Assembly (NCBI RefSeq): GCF_964194155.1
Contig: NC_135893.1
Location: 94,426,001-94,490,000, forward strand
From: Cetorhinus maximus
Taxonomy: Eukaryota
Length of the DNA: 64,000 nt
Reading direction: 5' to 3'
Shown here: positions 37,060 through 50,269 of the stretch, piece by piece
Position numbering within the stretch: position 1 is the first letter of the stretch
Layout of the letters: each line of letters opens with the position of its first letter
Position numbers and translations under genes: made by a program
Notes under the pieces: model-generated
The model's input: the letters and a program-made list of their open reading frames with translations, nothing else
Told to the model about the DNA's origin: nothing
Databases searched by the model: none

Positions 37060-37401
37060 ATAACAACTCATATTAACATGGCACCTCTGATGTAATTAAA
37101 CACCTCCCAAAGCGATTCACAGGATATATTAGGGCAGGTGACCAAAAGCTTGGTCAAAGAGCGAGGTTTTCCAGAGTGTCTTGGAAGGAGGAAAGAGAAG
37201 CAGAGAAGGAGTGATTTCCAAAACTCAGGGCCCAGGAGGATGAAGACGTGGCCACCAATGTTAAGAGGTGGAAATCAGGGGTGCACAAGAGGCTGGAATT
37301 GTAAGAGAGTAGAGAGATCTCGGAAGGGTATGGGGCTGGAGGAGGTTACGGAGATGGGGAGGAGCAAGGCCATGGAGGGATTTGAAAACAAGGATGAGAA
37401 T
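37060..37401 (-). mobile_element. L2 LINE 3' fragment
   Basis: Minus ORF ILILVFKSLHGLAPPHLRNLLQPH. Confidence 0.78.
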
Positions 37402-37529
37402 AGTCATTTGGTAGTACAGAGAGTCCACTTGCCAACCAATCAGCACTCCCTTCTCACATAATATTGTTCCCATTACATTTGGTATTCTTGTGAATTGTCC
37501 TGATGAGTGCAAGACGAAAAGCTTCGACA
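37402..37529 (+). mobile_element. PLE family B mini-insert with inverted 5' piece, 12-bp TSD
   Basis: Homologous to 53418-53580. TSD AAGGATGAGAAT (37390-37401) / AAGGATGAAAAT (37530-37541). Confidence 0.78.
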
Positions 37530-37530
37530 A
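37495..37530 (+). ncRNA. Minimal type-I hammerhead motif, family B
   Basis: TTGTC-CTGATGA-GT-GCAAG-AC-GAAA-AGCT-TC-GACAA: perfect 5-bp helix I, canonical core, palindromic helix III. Confidence 0.82.
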
Positions 37531-38092
37531 AGGATGAAAATGTTAAAATTTTAAAAGAATTCATGTATGTTTTACTCCCTTGAGATGTAATAACATGCCA
37601 ACTTCCTCAGAACAGCTTTCTGATATTAACACTATCATAGCTTATGGCAAAGCTAAGATAGTGTTAAGTTCCTGCCACTCTTCCTCTTCCAAAGCTGATT
37701 CCAGCCACCCGAGATCCCTACCTCAAATGTTATCCATTTCCCTTCACAGATGCTGTTGAGTATTTCCAGTATCTTTTATATTTTTTCTAGATTTTCTCTG
37801 TTGAATCCTGATTTTAACTCCAGGGGGGGGCATTCGACCTGCCCTGGTGATTTAACCTTGGATACTTAATCGGCCTGGCCAAATTTAAGTGTCACATCCT
37901 TCGTACATTAGAAACAATGGATGAATATTATGTGATGTATTTCCTCCCAGCCAAGCAGACGTCCACGCAATTGATTTGATTGCCTCAGATGGGTCCTGCC
38001 CGCTAACTGAACCTCAGAATTCAGAAAAAAAGCTCAAGTTTCTTTGTGAAACACTAAAAGGTTGACAGATGGGATGAAAGGCTGACTTGTCC

Positions 38093-38226
38093 NNNNNNNN
38101 NNNNNNNNNNNNNNNNNNNNNNNNNNNNNNNNNNNNNNNNNNNNNNNNNNNNNNNNNNNNNNNNNNNNNNNNNNNNNNNNNNNNNNNNNNNNNNNNNNNN
38201 NNNNNNNNNNNNNNNNNNNNNNNNNN
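38093..38226. other. Assembly gap (134 N)
   Basis: Run of n. Confidence 1.
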
Positions 38227-38280
38227 GTCAGCCGGTATAGAGAATGGCTATCATCCTGTTAGCAGCACATTGAACTCAAA

Positions 38281-38284
<4 letters not shown>

Positions 38285-38319
<35 letters not shown>
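38285..38319. repeat. (CA)n microsatellite
   Basis: Direct reading. Confidence 0.95.
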
Positions 38320-38321
<2 letters not shown>

Positions 38322-38786
38322 CATTCACAATGTAACATCCACATGTTAACAGTGCTTTGTGCTGCTATTCTTCAGCTTGGCCTTCTCAAGGATACTTGGG
38401 CTGTATCGTAGCAACATAACTGCTGACTTTCACATGAATGCCCTAAGCTTCCATGACAGGGTGTGGGTGAGGTGCATTTGCTGCTGTCTGTCAGGACAGT
38501 CCTCTAGTTTCTCTCTGCCACTTTTTGCATATGTTTCAGCCCCTCTGCACACACACTGCTTTTGCCCATTTAAAGTCTCCTTTCTTTACATATATGCTCA
38601 TCGCTTCCATTGTTGTAACCTCACAGACATCCAGTGATACATTTTCCTTTAGAGGGAAAGCATTTTGGAATTTAGGGAGACTCCTTAGTGTTCACAAGAC
38701 CATTAGCTCAGGATCAGTGTTTTGGCACATTTGCCTGCACTCCTGAATTTGCTAGAGGAGGGCAAGTGGTGGCGTGAGGTAACACT

Positions 38787-39150
38787 AACAATGACATGCA
38801 TTTATATAGCACCTTTGACACAGTAAAGCATCTCAAGGTGCTTCACAGGAGCACAAATCAGGCAAAAAAAAAAAATTGATACTGAGCCAAAGAGTCAATT
38901 CAGGGGGGTGACCAAAAGCTTGGTCAAAGAGGTAGGTTTTTCGAAATGTATGAAAAAGAGAGAGAGAGAGGTGGAGAGGTTTACGATTGGAATTCCAGAG
39001 TTTAGGGCCTAGACAACTGAAGTTACAACCGCCAATGGTGGGGTGTGGGAAGTCACATACACAAGGGAAATGTTTGGTTCTCGAAGGCTTGTAAGGCTGA
39101 ATGAGATTGCAGAAATAGGGAAGAATGAGACCACAGAGGGCTGATTCTAA
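38787..39150 (-). mobile_element. L2 LINE 3' fragment
   Basis: Minus ORF FSCLGPKLWNS...KTYLFDQAFGH; TGCATTTATATAGCACC tail. Confidence 0.78.
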
Positions 39151-40209
39151 AAAAAAAAACAGCTTGCTAAATGCCAGCACTTTAAAATTACAATGCTCAG
39201 GTCAAACTAAATCCAACCAGCGACCAACAAAGAATGGGGCGCAGCAGTCCGGGGTTCCCATACAAGGTCTGACTCTAACTGCTAGAGCCCGCCATTGGTC
39301 CCAACTGTTAAGCTGTAACTTCCCCACATCGTAAACAATGCAACGTTTATAATGTTGCACCAGCTCATTTGCATATGGCTTGTCACCTGTAACATACCAG
39401 CCACACGCTGCGAAGCTCAATTTGACATTAAATCTTAAAATAAATAGGAGCGGGGGGGTAGGCCATTCGGCCCTTTGAACCTGCCTCACTGTCAGGCTTG
39501 ATCTTCTACTTCAACTCCCCCCTCCTCACACTGTTCCCATAGCCCTTAATACACTGAACACACTCAACAACGGAGCATCCACAATTCCCTGGGGTAGCAA
39601 ATTGCAAAAGATTCACAACCTTTTAAGGTGAAGAAATCTCTTCTCGTCTCAGCCCTGAATGCCTGAGCCAAATTCGGAGACTGTGATCCCACGTTCTAGT
39701 TTCCCAGGTAAAAGGGGTGGCAGGGAATGATAAAACACATAAAAGGATAGATATTAATAATCTGTCCCTGCTACATGGTTTTGCTACAACCCAATGCCAG
39801 TTGAATGGTCCAGTTCTTTCAGTATCAAAATCCTACGTGGGAGCCACTCACCCCTTTACTCAAGCTGTTTAATATCCCTTTGCTTTTAGCCATCTCCAGA
39901 CAATTTGCGTGACAGCTTTTCTACTGAGCTTGCATTACACTCCACTTAATTACTGCCCATTTACAGGCTAACACCTCGCCCACTATTAATCAGCATTGTG
40001 AAAGAAACGGCTTTCCCAGTTTCCAGGGATCAACATTTCCACCGTGGGGCCCTTTATCATCTTTGTCAGCAGGAACTATTGATTATTTGACCGAATTCTG
40101 CTCATTTCTTCCCAGTAGACCCAGGGCCTTGACCATCAAGGTACTGCATTCTTTTCAGCAGCTGGTACTGCTGAACAAGATGAGACTGTTTTCGTGAACT
40201 ACAGGATCA

Positions 40210-40950
40210 ACTGGGAGGCCATTTGGCCCTTTATGCCTGGACCATCTCTTTGCAAGACCTAACCAACTAATCCCAACTCCAGTGCTCTTTCCCCAATGCT
40301 CCCTTTACAGCTACTATTGAACCTGCTTCCAGCACCTTTTCAGATGTTGCATTCCAGGCCATCATAACTCACCACCTAAAATTAATTTCTCTCGCCCCTG
40401 TTTTTTTAGGTCAATTATCTTAAATCTCTATATCTGGTTACCAATCCTCTTGCCGTTTGAAACAGTTTCTGCCTATCCCCTCACAGGCTGAAAGAAGGGT
40501 GGTAGAAGCAGAAATGCTCCTAACATTTGAAAAGCACTTTGATGTGTACTTGAAGTGCTGTAACCTACCAGGCTGTGCAGCAAGAGCTGAAAGTGGGTTT
40601 AGGTTGGACGGCTACATGTCAGTCAGAGTGGGCATGGTGGGCCAAATGGCTTCCTTCCATGCTGTAAATTTCGATGGTCCCATGAAAACCCTTCATAATT
40701 TTGAATGTCTCCATTAAACTTCCCCTTAGCCTTCTCTACTCCAATAAGAACAAATCTCAGCCTCTCTAGTCCATCCAACTAACTGAAGTCACTCGTGACG
40801 GGTGCCTTTATTGTGAACCTCCCCTGCACTCTGTCCAAGGCCTTGACATCCTTCCTAAAAAGTGTGGTGACCAGAATTGGACACAATACTCCAGCTGGGG
40901 GCCTAACCAGTGATTTGGAAAGGTTTAGCATAACTTCCCTGTTTTTACTA
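40210..40950. mobile_element. Cluster of old CR1 3' fragments (minus, with a plus piece at ~40480-40670)
   Basis: Minus ORF KNREVMLNLSKSLVRP...RKDVKALDRVQGRFT. Confidence 0.7.
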
Positions 40951-41924
40951 TTGCAAAATGAAGGCAGAATCAACATTTACCTTTAAAAAAAAAAGCAGCT
41001 ACTGCAAAGACAGAGGCACATGCACATCAAGGCAAAACGCAGATGGTTACCATAGAGACCAACAGATCACATCCACAGGAGCATGGATAGTTGTCGTACA
41101 TAGATAGCTGTTCAACCCTCTGATGGACGGAAAGAATAGCTATTAGACTGCTCCCTGTAACAAAAGATATACAATCTTTCAACGTTATGGTGGGAGGAGG
41201 GTAACGTTTTAAAGGGTTTTCAAACGAGGCCTCATCAGTCCAGGCAGAGAAATTGATGCTAAACATTGATTTGGAAGCTAAACTAATAGACTTGGCTTTA
41301 AAACTGTGCTCCAGTTGATACCCAGTGCTAATGCTAATCGATGCACCACATTTTGGGCCACAGCCTAAAGACATGCTTCTTTGTATTGTAAAGACCTCGT
41401 TTTAAGTCACTGCTATTTATCATTACTAAAGCAAACACTCAAGACACAAAACATAGAGACCTAAACATGAGCGCTGTGTTTACTATTAGATTACACTTTG
41501 CTGCTCTTTTTCCATTTGAGCTGTCGATGTTTGAAGCTGCTCAGAAATGGAGCTGGGTGTTAAAGTCTTTAAATAGAGACAGATAACAGAGAAAGAGTCA
41601 CACCTCATTAATTTGACCTTCATCAATCACTGAAACATCAGGTATACAGAATTCAGTCACAAATGGCATAACCCTCAATATAACAGACAACCTGGCTAAT
41701 GACCAAACACTTTCTGATTTAGGGGGTCCAATCATACCAGCGATCTAGCTGGCAGCTATGAAAAGCCCTGGAAAGATCAGACAACACCACAAATTATTTG
41801 TAAAACAGCAGCAAGCCTTCATGTATAAATGTAAACAAGGTGAAATTTATCTCAGGGCAATCCAAACTGAAAGGAAGTTTCTATCCGGCCAGCTAAGTGC
41901 CTGCATCTGCTTTTTTTATTATTA

Positions 41925-42437
41925 TTTCATGGGATGTGGGCATCACCAACATTTATTGCACATCCCTAATTGCCCTTGAGAAGGTAGTGGTGGTCTCCTG
42001 CCTTGAACCGCTGCAGTCCATGTGGTATAGGTACATCCACAGTGCTGTTAGGGAGGGAGTTCCAGGATTTTGACCCAGCGACAGTGAAGAAACGGCGATA
42101 TATTTCCAAGTCAGGGTGGTGAGTGACTTGGAGGGGAACTTGCAGGTGGCGGTGTTCCCATGCATCTGCTGCCCTTGTCCTCCTAGATGGTACTGGTTGT
42201 GGGTTTGGAAGGGGGCTTGGTGAGTTCCTGCAGTGCATCTTGTAGATGGTACACACTGCTGCTACTGTGACGGTGGTGGAGGGAGTGAACGTTTGAGGAG
42301 GTGGATCAGCAGGCTGCTTTGTCCTGGATGGTGTTGAGCTTCACTCATCCAGGCGAGTGAAGTATTCCATCACACTCCTGACTTGTGCCTTGTAGATGGT
42401 GGACAGGATTTGGGGAGTCAGGAGGTGAATTACTCTC
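41925..42437 (-). mobile_element. CR1-clade LINE 3' fragment (second type)
   Basis: LSTIYKAQVRSVMEY and FTVAGSKSWNSLPNSTV...LQRFK. The tail is shared with the 18670 SINE family. Confidence 0.82.
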
Positions 42438-43936
42438 CAAAGCCTTCGCATCCTTCCAAAAGTGTGGTGCCCAGAAACGGACACAATACCCCAGCTGGGG
42501 ATGAATATTTTATACAAGTATGGCATACCTCCCTTGCTTTTGTACTCTATGCCTCTATTTATAAAAGCCCTGGATCTCAAAAATATGCTTAACTAACAGC
42601 TTTTTAATATGTTATGCTATCTTCAAAGATTTGTGTACAAAAACCCCCAGGGTCTCTGTTTTTGCACTCACTTTAAAACTGCACCATTTAATCTGTATTG
42701 CCTCTCCTTATACTTCCCACTAAAAATGTATCATCTCACACTCTTCTGCCTATGTCCTCTTGAAGTCTGCCTTCTACTGCCTTCCTCACTGTTTATGAGC
42801 CTTCTCGGTTTTGAAAACTTGCCTTTAGCTGTGGGTAACTGCTTTAAACAAAGCAAGGAAGGGAAAAAAAAGCAGTTTGATTCATACAGTGGCTGTCATG
42901 ACCTCAGGATGTCCTAAACCGTTTTACAGTCAATGAAGTACTTCTGAAGTGCGGCAGCTGTTGTAATGTAGCACATAAGACAGACTATTAGCCCACAATC
43001 AGCACATGTGAGAGTGGCCATAGAGTCAGCTTTAGTGATTTTAGTCAAGGGATAAATATTAGCCAGGAGGCCAGGGAGAATGCCCTGATCTTCTTCACAA
43101 CTGTCCGCCTGGGAGGGCAGACGTGACCTCCATTTAACATCTCATCTGAAAATCTGCATTTCCAACAATGCAGCACTCCCTCCACTCTAAAGTGACCACA
43201 AATGACCATTTGTTTTTGAATTGCACCTTTGCTAAAGGAAAATGGCATCAAGGTGTTTCGGAGGTGTAATGAAAGTATGAGGCATCCAGGCTCACATCAA
43301 AAGGTCCACCAGTTATTGATGATCACCATCCATTTATGCTTCTATATTTGACACAGGTTAGTGCAGCATACCGTTAATAAGCATTTAGATAAGCACTTGA
43401 AACGCCATAGCATACAGGGCTACGGGCCAAGTGCTGGAAAATGGAATTGGGATAGATAGGTGCTTGATGGCTGGCACGGACACGATGGGCCAAAGGGCCT
43501 GTTTATGTGCTGAATAACTATAACTCTACGACTATGGCGACGTTCAGCCTCACTAAGCAATTAGTTACTAGAAATGGGCTCCTACACATCTTTCATCCTG
43601 AACATGGTTGCCACATCAAAGGAGGTCAATCTGAGAAGGTTGAGAGTTTAAGCCTCACCCAAGGACATGGGACCCATAGCCTAGGCTGGATCTTCAGGGC
43701 AGTGCTTTCCAGATAAGACATTAATCCAAACCCTCATTTCCTGTTTGAGCAGATGATCAAAAAACCCTTGATAATGTTCAAAGAGAGACAGGTATCCTGG
43801 TTGTCACGACAGCCACACAACTTGCATTTATATAACGCCTTTAACAGGGGGCAGCTGTCAGACAACAATTTGACACTGAACCACAGAGGGAGATGTTGGG
43901 GCAGATGACCAACACATTCAGTGTTCTTGGATACTC

Positions 43937-44185
43937 TTTTATTCATTTACAGGACATGGGCGTCACTGGCTGGGCCAGCATTTACTGCCCATCCCTAATT
44001 GGCCCTTGAGAAGGTGGTGGTGGTGAGCTGCCTTCTTGAACCGCTGCAGTCCATGTGGTGTAGGTGCATCCACAGTGCTGTTAGGGAGTGAGTTCCAGGA
44101 TTTTGACTCAGCGACAGTGAAGGAACGGCCGATATATTTCCAAGTCAGGATGGCGAGTGGCTTGGAGGAGAACATCCAGGTGGCG
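43937..44185 (-). mobile_element. CR1-clade LINE 3' fragment (second type)
   Basis: SFTVAESKSWNSLPNSTVDAPTPHGLQRFKKAAHHHHLLKG. Confidence 0.82.
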
Positions 44186-45064
44186 TAGGCAAACTGGCTG
44201 CCATATTTGCCCATAAAAACAGCAGCAACTGGTCTTCAAAAAGTAACTTATTGGATCGTGAAGGGTTTAGGAACAGCCGAGGGAATGATAAAACACAGAT
44301 TCTTCTTCTTGAGCAAAGGGTGGGAAAAATAAACCGTCTGAGAAACTGCGTGGAGTATAAATGCAGCACGAGTGTACCTTTCAGAAACCCCCCGCTGCTG
44401 CAATAACCTGACAGGTGGCACATGAGAGCCACTCTAGTGTGCTTTGAACAGTAAGCAACGTTTTTAAGTTCCTTCCAGCCACACATTGTAAACAATACCC
44501 CTAATAAAGTTAGGCTACTGCAGCTTTCAATGATCACAACGCAGTGTTTGGAAAGTCATAAATACCTCCCTCACCTATCGGAAAACCAACAGACACATAA
44601 GGCCCGATTTTCACTCTGGCCGGGAGTCAAGCAGAGGTCAACAGCCAACCGCCCCTGACCTCAACAGCACGAGGCCCGACCACTTTAAACCCCCAGGTTT
44701 TATGCACGTGCTCCCGATCGGTAGTCCGCATGAAAAACTGGTGGGAAGCAGCAGCCGGGAATGGGATTGCAAACGGCAGGAGGCCGTAGGAATATTCAGG
44801 GTCTCCACTGCACTTGCAGTGAGTAACATCAGCAAAGCGGGATAATAGCCTAGGGAATTTCCCAGCTACTCTGCCCAGTGTTCTCTGGTGAAAAGCAAGC
44901 TCCCGCAGCAGTGAGGAGGTAAATATTATCTCTCTCTCTTTTTGTAACGGTGGCTGGCGGTGAACAATGATGAGCAGGAAAAGACGCTCTGACCTATCCA
45001 GACCCTCCCTCACAATTGGGGTAGCTTAGCAGAATATAATGAAGATGGGATAATACGAGTACAC

Positions 45065-45312
45065 CAGTGTTGGCCAGGCCGCCAGGAGAACTCCCCTCCT
45101 TTTCTTCAAAAAAAAAAGCCATGGAATCTTTAGCATCCACCTGAAAAGGACAGATGGGGGGCATTGGTTAAAAGACTCATCTGAAAGACAGCATCTCCAG
45201 CAGTGCAGCACTCCACCCACTGCTGCACTGAAGCCTCAGCCTAAATGTGTGCAAGTCTCTGGTATGGGACTTATCCACATTGAACCAAGGCTGCTAACAA
45301 CTGTGCCAAGTC
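45065..45312 (-). mobile_element. Deu-domain SINE
   Basis: CTCATCTGAAAGACAGCATCTCCAGCAGTGCAGCACTCC. Confidence 0.75.
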
Positions 45313-48300
45313 TGGCACTACTACGATCTCCACTTCGATGAAAGCATTGTTTTTGTATTATTCAATAAGAGGCTTTTACCACAAGAGAGAGATCAAACTA
45401 AAAGCACGGCAGTATCATTTTGCTCTGTTGATGCCACGACTTTCATTTTCCTTTTGAGTAAAACTGGCTATGTGGGGGTTGAGGAAGAGCTATGGGTATT
45501 GCTATGGTTAGAATACAGGCAGCTCAGACATGCAACATCACACAGTGAATATTGGGCAATGTACTTCCTTTACAGTAACCTGCCTCTTTGCTGTCAGGCA
45601 CATTGCTTATATAACCGACGTTACTGCAGCGTACGCAGTCAGTGTACTTAACGTTCATCGAGGTGAATGGCGGCAGTGCTGGGAGAAGGATCATTTTTCT
45701 ATTTCACACTCAGTTCCAGAATAGAGCAGACCATGGGCCCAGTATAGTCTGGGTGAGATAAAGGCCAAAGTTGCTCCAATGTTACCTTGACAGTATCCTT
45801 TAAACACCAATCTCAGAAGTCAGCCTCTATCTCAAACACACGTAGGGCACAACACACAAATCATTCTTCAACATTTACCCAATTGCCCATCCTCCAAACC
45901 TCTTGCAGCAGAACCACTGAATAAGTGCTAAAATGCAATTCAATTTGGTGCTCAGGTGAGTTTGGGTTTTAGCTCAAGTTCATGCTTAACTCAAAATTAG
46001 TCTCAATTACTAGTTATAATCAAAGCATATTTTCCCACCAACATCCATTGGGAACTATTCAGAGACTAATACTTAATATCTTACACCATTGAAAGAGCTA
46101 AACAACAACCTGCATTCATATAGCACCTTTCGCATAGTTATAAAAGAGTCACAGAAGCATCATCAGACAAACTGAGCCACTAAAAGGAGACATTAGGGCA
46201 AGCGACTAGAAGCTTGATCAAAGAGATAGGTTTTAAGGGACGATTGAATGGAGGAGGGAGAGGGAAACCGATCATTTTTTTTCAGCTTGGCTGCATTCAC
46301 AGCTAGCCCCTGGATCAAAAGGGAAGGGTCTAACCCATTCAGCCCATTGTGTCCGTGCCAGCTCTCTGCAAGAGAACAGCCCCAGCTTCTTCAATCTATC
46401 CATGTTGCCGAAGTTGCTCATCCATAGAACCATTCCTACGCATCTTTTCGGCACTCTCTCGAATATACCTTCACAACCTTTCTAAAGTGCAGACCTGCAA
46501 CCGGACACAATGCTCCAGTTGAGGCCAAACCAGTGTTTTATATAGCAGATGTAGTTAAATTGAATGACCAGGCTATAAACTCTGATAAAGGGGGTGGGGC
46601 GGGGGAAATTTTACCCCTTCCCACCAAGCAGGTCGGGAGCTGTAATGAGTTACTTACCTGCCCTGGAGTTGCAGAAATCGGCAGTTCTCCTCAACGCCCC
46701 AAAGCTGGAGGGGCTCCTTCTTTATTTGTGCATTCGTCAGCTCTCAAAGGCATAATCAGGACTCGGCCGCAGTTTTAACCCAGAACCCGAGCTCCACCTT
46801 TCCTGTCAGGGCAACCCAGGGTTCCTCCTTTGTGGAACTAGAAGCAGGATTGTTCCTCAGTGTCCGACAAAAGCAGCTTAGTCCTCCACTGCCCTGGATT
46901 TCCCTCATCACCCCCACCCACCCCGCCCCCAGGTGAGATACACCAGGGAACCTGATCCTTGTGTAGGCCTCTGGCTTCCTGGTTACCCAGGAAGTGGGCT
47001 GGTGGCTGGTATTAATGAAGCCCAAGTCAAACTGATTTCTGTATCAATGGCCGAATTTCCAACTCACCTTGCTGGCCATCTACCTAAAACTCAACAAGAG
47101 ATAAAAAAAAAATCAGGCCAAGTGTTTTAGTTTATTGTCATGTTAAGCTAATAGCCAAGGAAAAATAATGCTTAAAAGCTAGAAGACAGCTCGGCTAATA
47201 ATTTGACACAGAGAAGGATTTCCAATGAGGTATTTTACAACACCAATACAGACCCTCTCATCAATTTGAAACTAAATCATTGAAATGTTATTAAACAGGA
47301 CAAACCTCAAGATCATTCCTCCTGAAGCCTAAAGGCACAACAGCCTCTGAAATGAACTTATTGCTTTCAACTTCGTAAAAATCATTACTCAGCAATGTTG
47401 CGATCCACCCAGGTCTTCCAAAGTAATGAGAGCAATCACTAACCAATGAATTTTTGAGCTGGTTTATGGTTCAAGGTTTGCAGTCTGAAATGTGATGCAG
47501 CAGTTGTTGTGCCTGTGCACCATGCCTAGGTTCATGTTATCTCATTAACTGGGAATTGGAAAGGAGTCTACAAACACACATACTCCACAAGATGTTATTT
47601 CAGTTCATTCCTATTCATTACCACTGACTCATTCTGGGTTAAGCACTGTAAATGCAGAGAGCTCACACACAAGACACTTGCCTTGAGACCTGAATCAAGT
47701 ACGTGTCCATGTAAAAAGACCTTGTATCTGTGAAAGAGATGCCTTAATAATTTAGAGGCGTCAAGTGGACAGAGTTCACAGGAACATCTCCAGCAAACCT
47801 TTGCTGTTTGAATAGAAAGCAAAGTGGGCAGATTGAGTTGAGGATGTGTCCCATCAAATCTACCTCACTTGCACCAGGCAGTGCATGGTTCTTAAAAAGG
47901 TGCCTTTAAAAGTAGCTGGAGAAGGTTCAGTAAAAGCAGGACATCCACCCCCCCCCACTACCCAACCCCACAAAATAAATAATCCCCCACCCCCCCCGAC
48001 TCCAGCTCCTCTCCCACCCAGACCTTCTTTCCCTATACCAAGGCACCTCTTATCTTCAGTCATTTCAGCCTCCATCTTAAATGTTCCCTTCCTCAACTCA
48101 GTTGATTTTCTTTGCTCGCTTCACCTCCCTCAAGCTCATCCCACAAACATGGCCACTGTCCCAATATTGTCTGGCAATCACTGGCAGGGTGGGGGCAAGG
48201 ACAATGAAATATCTGAAGTGATTAGAAAGACAATGGCTTCATTTATACACTGCAAATCACTGTTATCAATGGTATTCCCTAAACGAATGCCTTTCTAACA

Positions 48301-48464
48301 TTAGAATTTAAAGAAAGGACTGACAATCCATTTCTACAAACAGATGACAGGGGCTTGAGTGGAGCGATCTGCATTATCCAGATTAGTAAAATTCACCAGC
48401 TTCTATCAGGCTCCACGCTACTATGAAGAACCTATTAGCTTTTACCTTCCACAGCCCAAAGAGC

Positions 48465-48760
48465 TTTATAGCCAGAAGTACAGTCACTGTTATAATGTAG
48501 GAAACACAGCAAGCTCCCATGTGACAACGCCGAGGATAATCTGTTTTCGTGACATTGATTGAGACACAAATATTGATCAGGAGACCAGGGATAACACCCC
48601 TGCTCTTCTTTGAAATGGCTCAGGGGATCTTTTACGTCCATCTGAGGTGGTCAGACAGGGCCACTTCTGAAAAACAGCACCTACTGATAGTGTAGCACTC
48701 CCTCAGCACTGCAGTCCCAGCCTTCACCTTTGTACCCAAGTCCTGGAGTCAACTCAGAAC
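48465..48760 (-). mobile_element. Deu-domain SINE
   Basis: CCCTGCTCTTCTTTGAAAT...GGGATCTTTTACGTCCA...GCACTCCCTCAGCACTGCA. Confidence 0.72.
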
Positions 48761-50269
48761 CTTGTAAGAACACGTTTTAAAGATTTGTTTAAATTTGCTG
48801 CAGAAATGAGCAGACAATTCTCGGAGCACGTTACCATGCACTCCAGAAACAAATCAGAGGCTGCCAATTGAGTGGCTCAGGGAGACTGAACACGTGAACA
48901 GTTGCCTTGCAGCCAAAGTAGAAAAATCAGGCAAAAAACCCTCCAGACGGCGCAGTCAGGATCGAGACCGTCAATGTGAGCCGTTCTGCTGGAAGGTGGT
49001 CAGTCCTAGTCAGTTCAGATCCAATTGACCTGTAGTCAACCTAGCTTGGTTACATGGGTAACTGCATGTTTTGAAGTTGAACACAATACAGAGGGATGTA
49101 AGTTTATGGTAACAAAGCTGTTGGATTTGTAGCGAAACTGAGATTCTCAATCTCTTGGACGTTACCAATGAACTCACAACCTACTGACTCACAGGTGAAA
49201 GTGCTACCGACTGAGGCACAGCTGACAAACACACTTAGGGAGGGAATTCCAGAGGGCAGCACCTTAGCAGCTTAACGGCCATTAATGCTGGAACAACGAA
49301 ATTCCCAGATGCCAGAAGAACAGCTTAAACCATGACACACTCTTGTGTGCCGAGGGACATATCATAGTGCTGAAGAGAGACGGCAGTATCTGGAAGACAA
49401 CTCCCAGTGTGCCACTTAGCTAGAGAAAGCGGTAGCAAAAATAACATATTACTAAAACTTTCTACGGATCTGCATAATCATCATAGCAGATTGACAGGAA
49501 ATCATGTTCCAATCTTCCCCAAACAGAAGGTGGAGAAAGGATTTCCGAGCTTGGCAGGGATTACAATCCACGCCTGGATTTATTTAATTCGGATCGTCAG
49601 CGTTCAGACTCTCCTTCTTTCCACCCACCCACCCACCCTCTGCACTGAACTGATCACGGCTGGGGGAAATGAAGAGATGGAGAGAAGGATGGGGGGGAGA
49701 ATTAAATCTGGTTCTTGAAGGAAGTTCCAGAATGAAAGAATGCACGAAAATTAAAAAAAGAGGGCCAATTTCCTTCCTGGATATCCTTATGGTGACAAGC
49801 TATTGTCTGGGCAGGGGCCATGCTTCTGCCTCTCATCCTAGTTGATCCAACTATTTTCAGCAGGTTCCCCATCAGGATTTCCATCATCATTGGGAAATTT
49901 GCCTCAGGAAGATGGCTTGGAGCTTGGCAGGGGATGGGTGGGTTGTGGGGGTGGGGGGTGGTTGTGCACGCATGATAGAAAATCCCTGCAGCAGCCTGGC
50001 ATGGCCTGCAGCCTCCAGGACATCTGCAGAGAAAGGCGAGGGCTTTTTTAAAAATTAATTAAATCAGAGACCAGGAATTGAATTTATCTTGGGCCAATGG
50101 ATTCAGATCCCCTTTGTGGATTAGCACTGCTTCCACCTGTAAAGCTACAGCAGCCGTAAACATCATAAAGCTCAATGGCGTTCCTATTGGCCAGCAATGC
50201 TTATGGCCAAGCTGTGGCTCAATCGGTAGCACCGTCACCTCGGACTCAGCAGGTTGTGGGTTCAAGTCA

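Noticed and set aside
44967-44992. C/D-box snoRNA (ATGATGA...CTGA)
   Set aside because: Boxes only ~15 nt apart, with no terminal stem.
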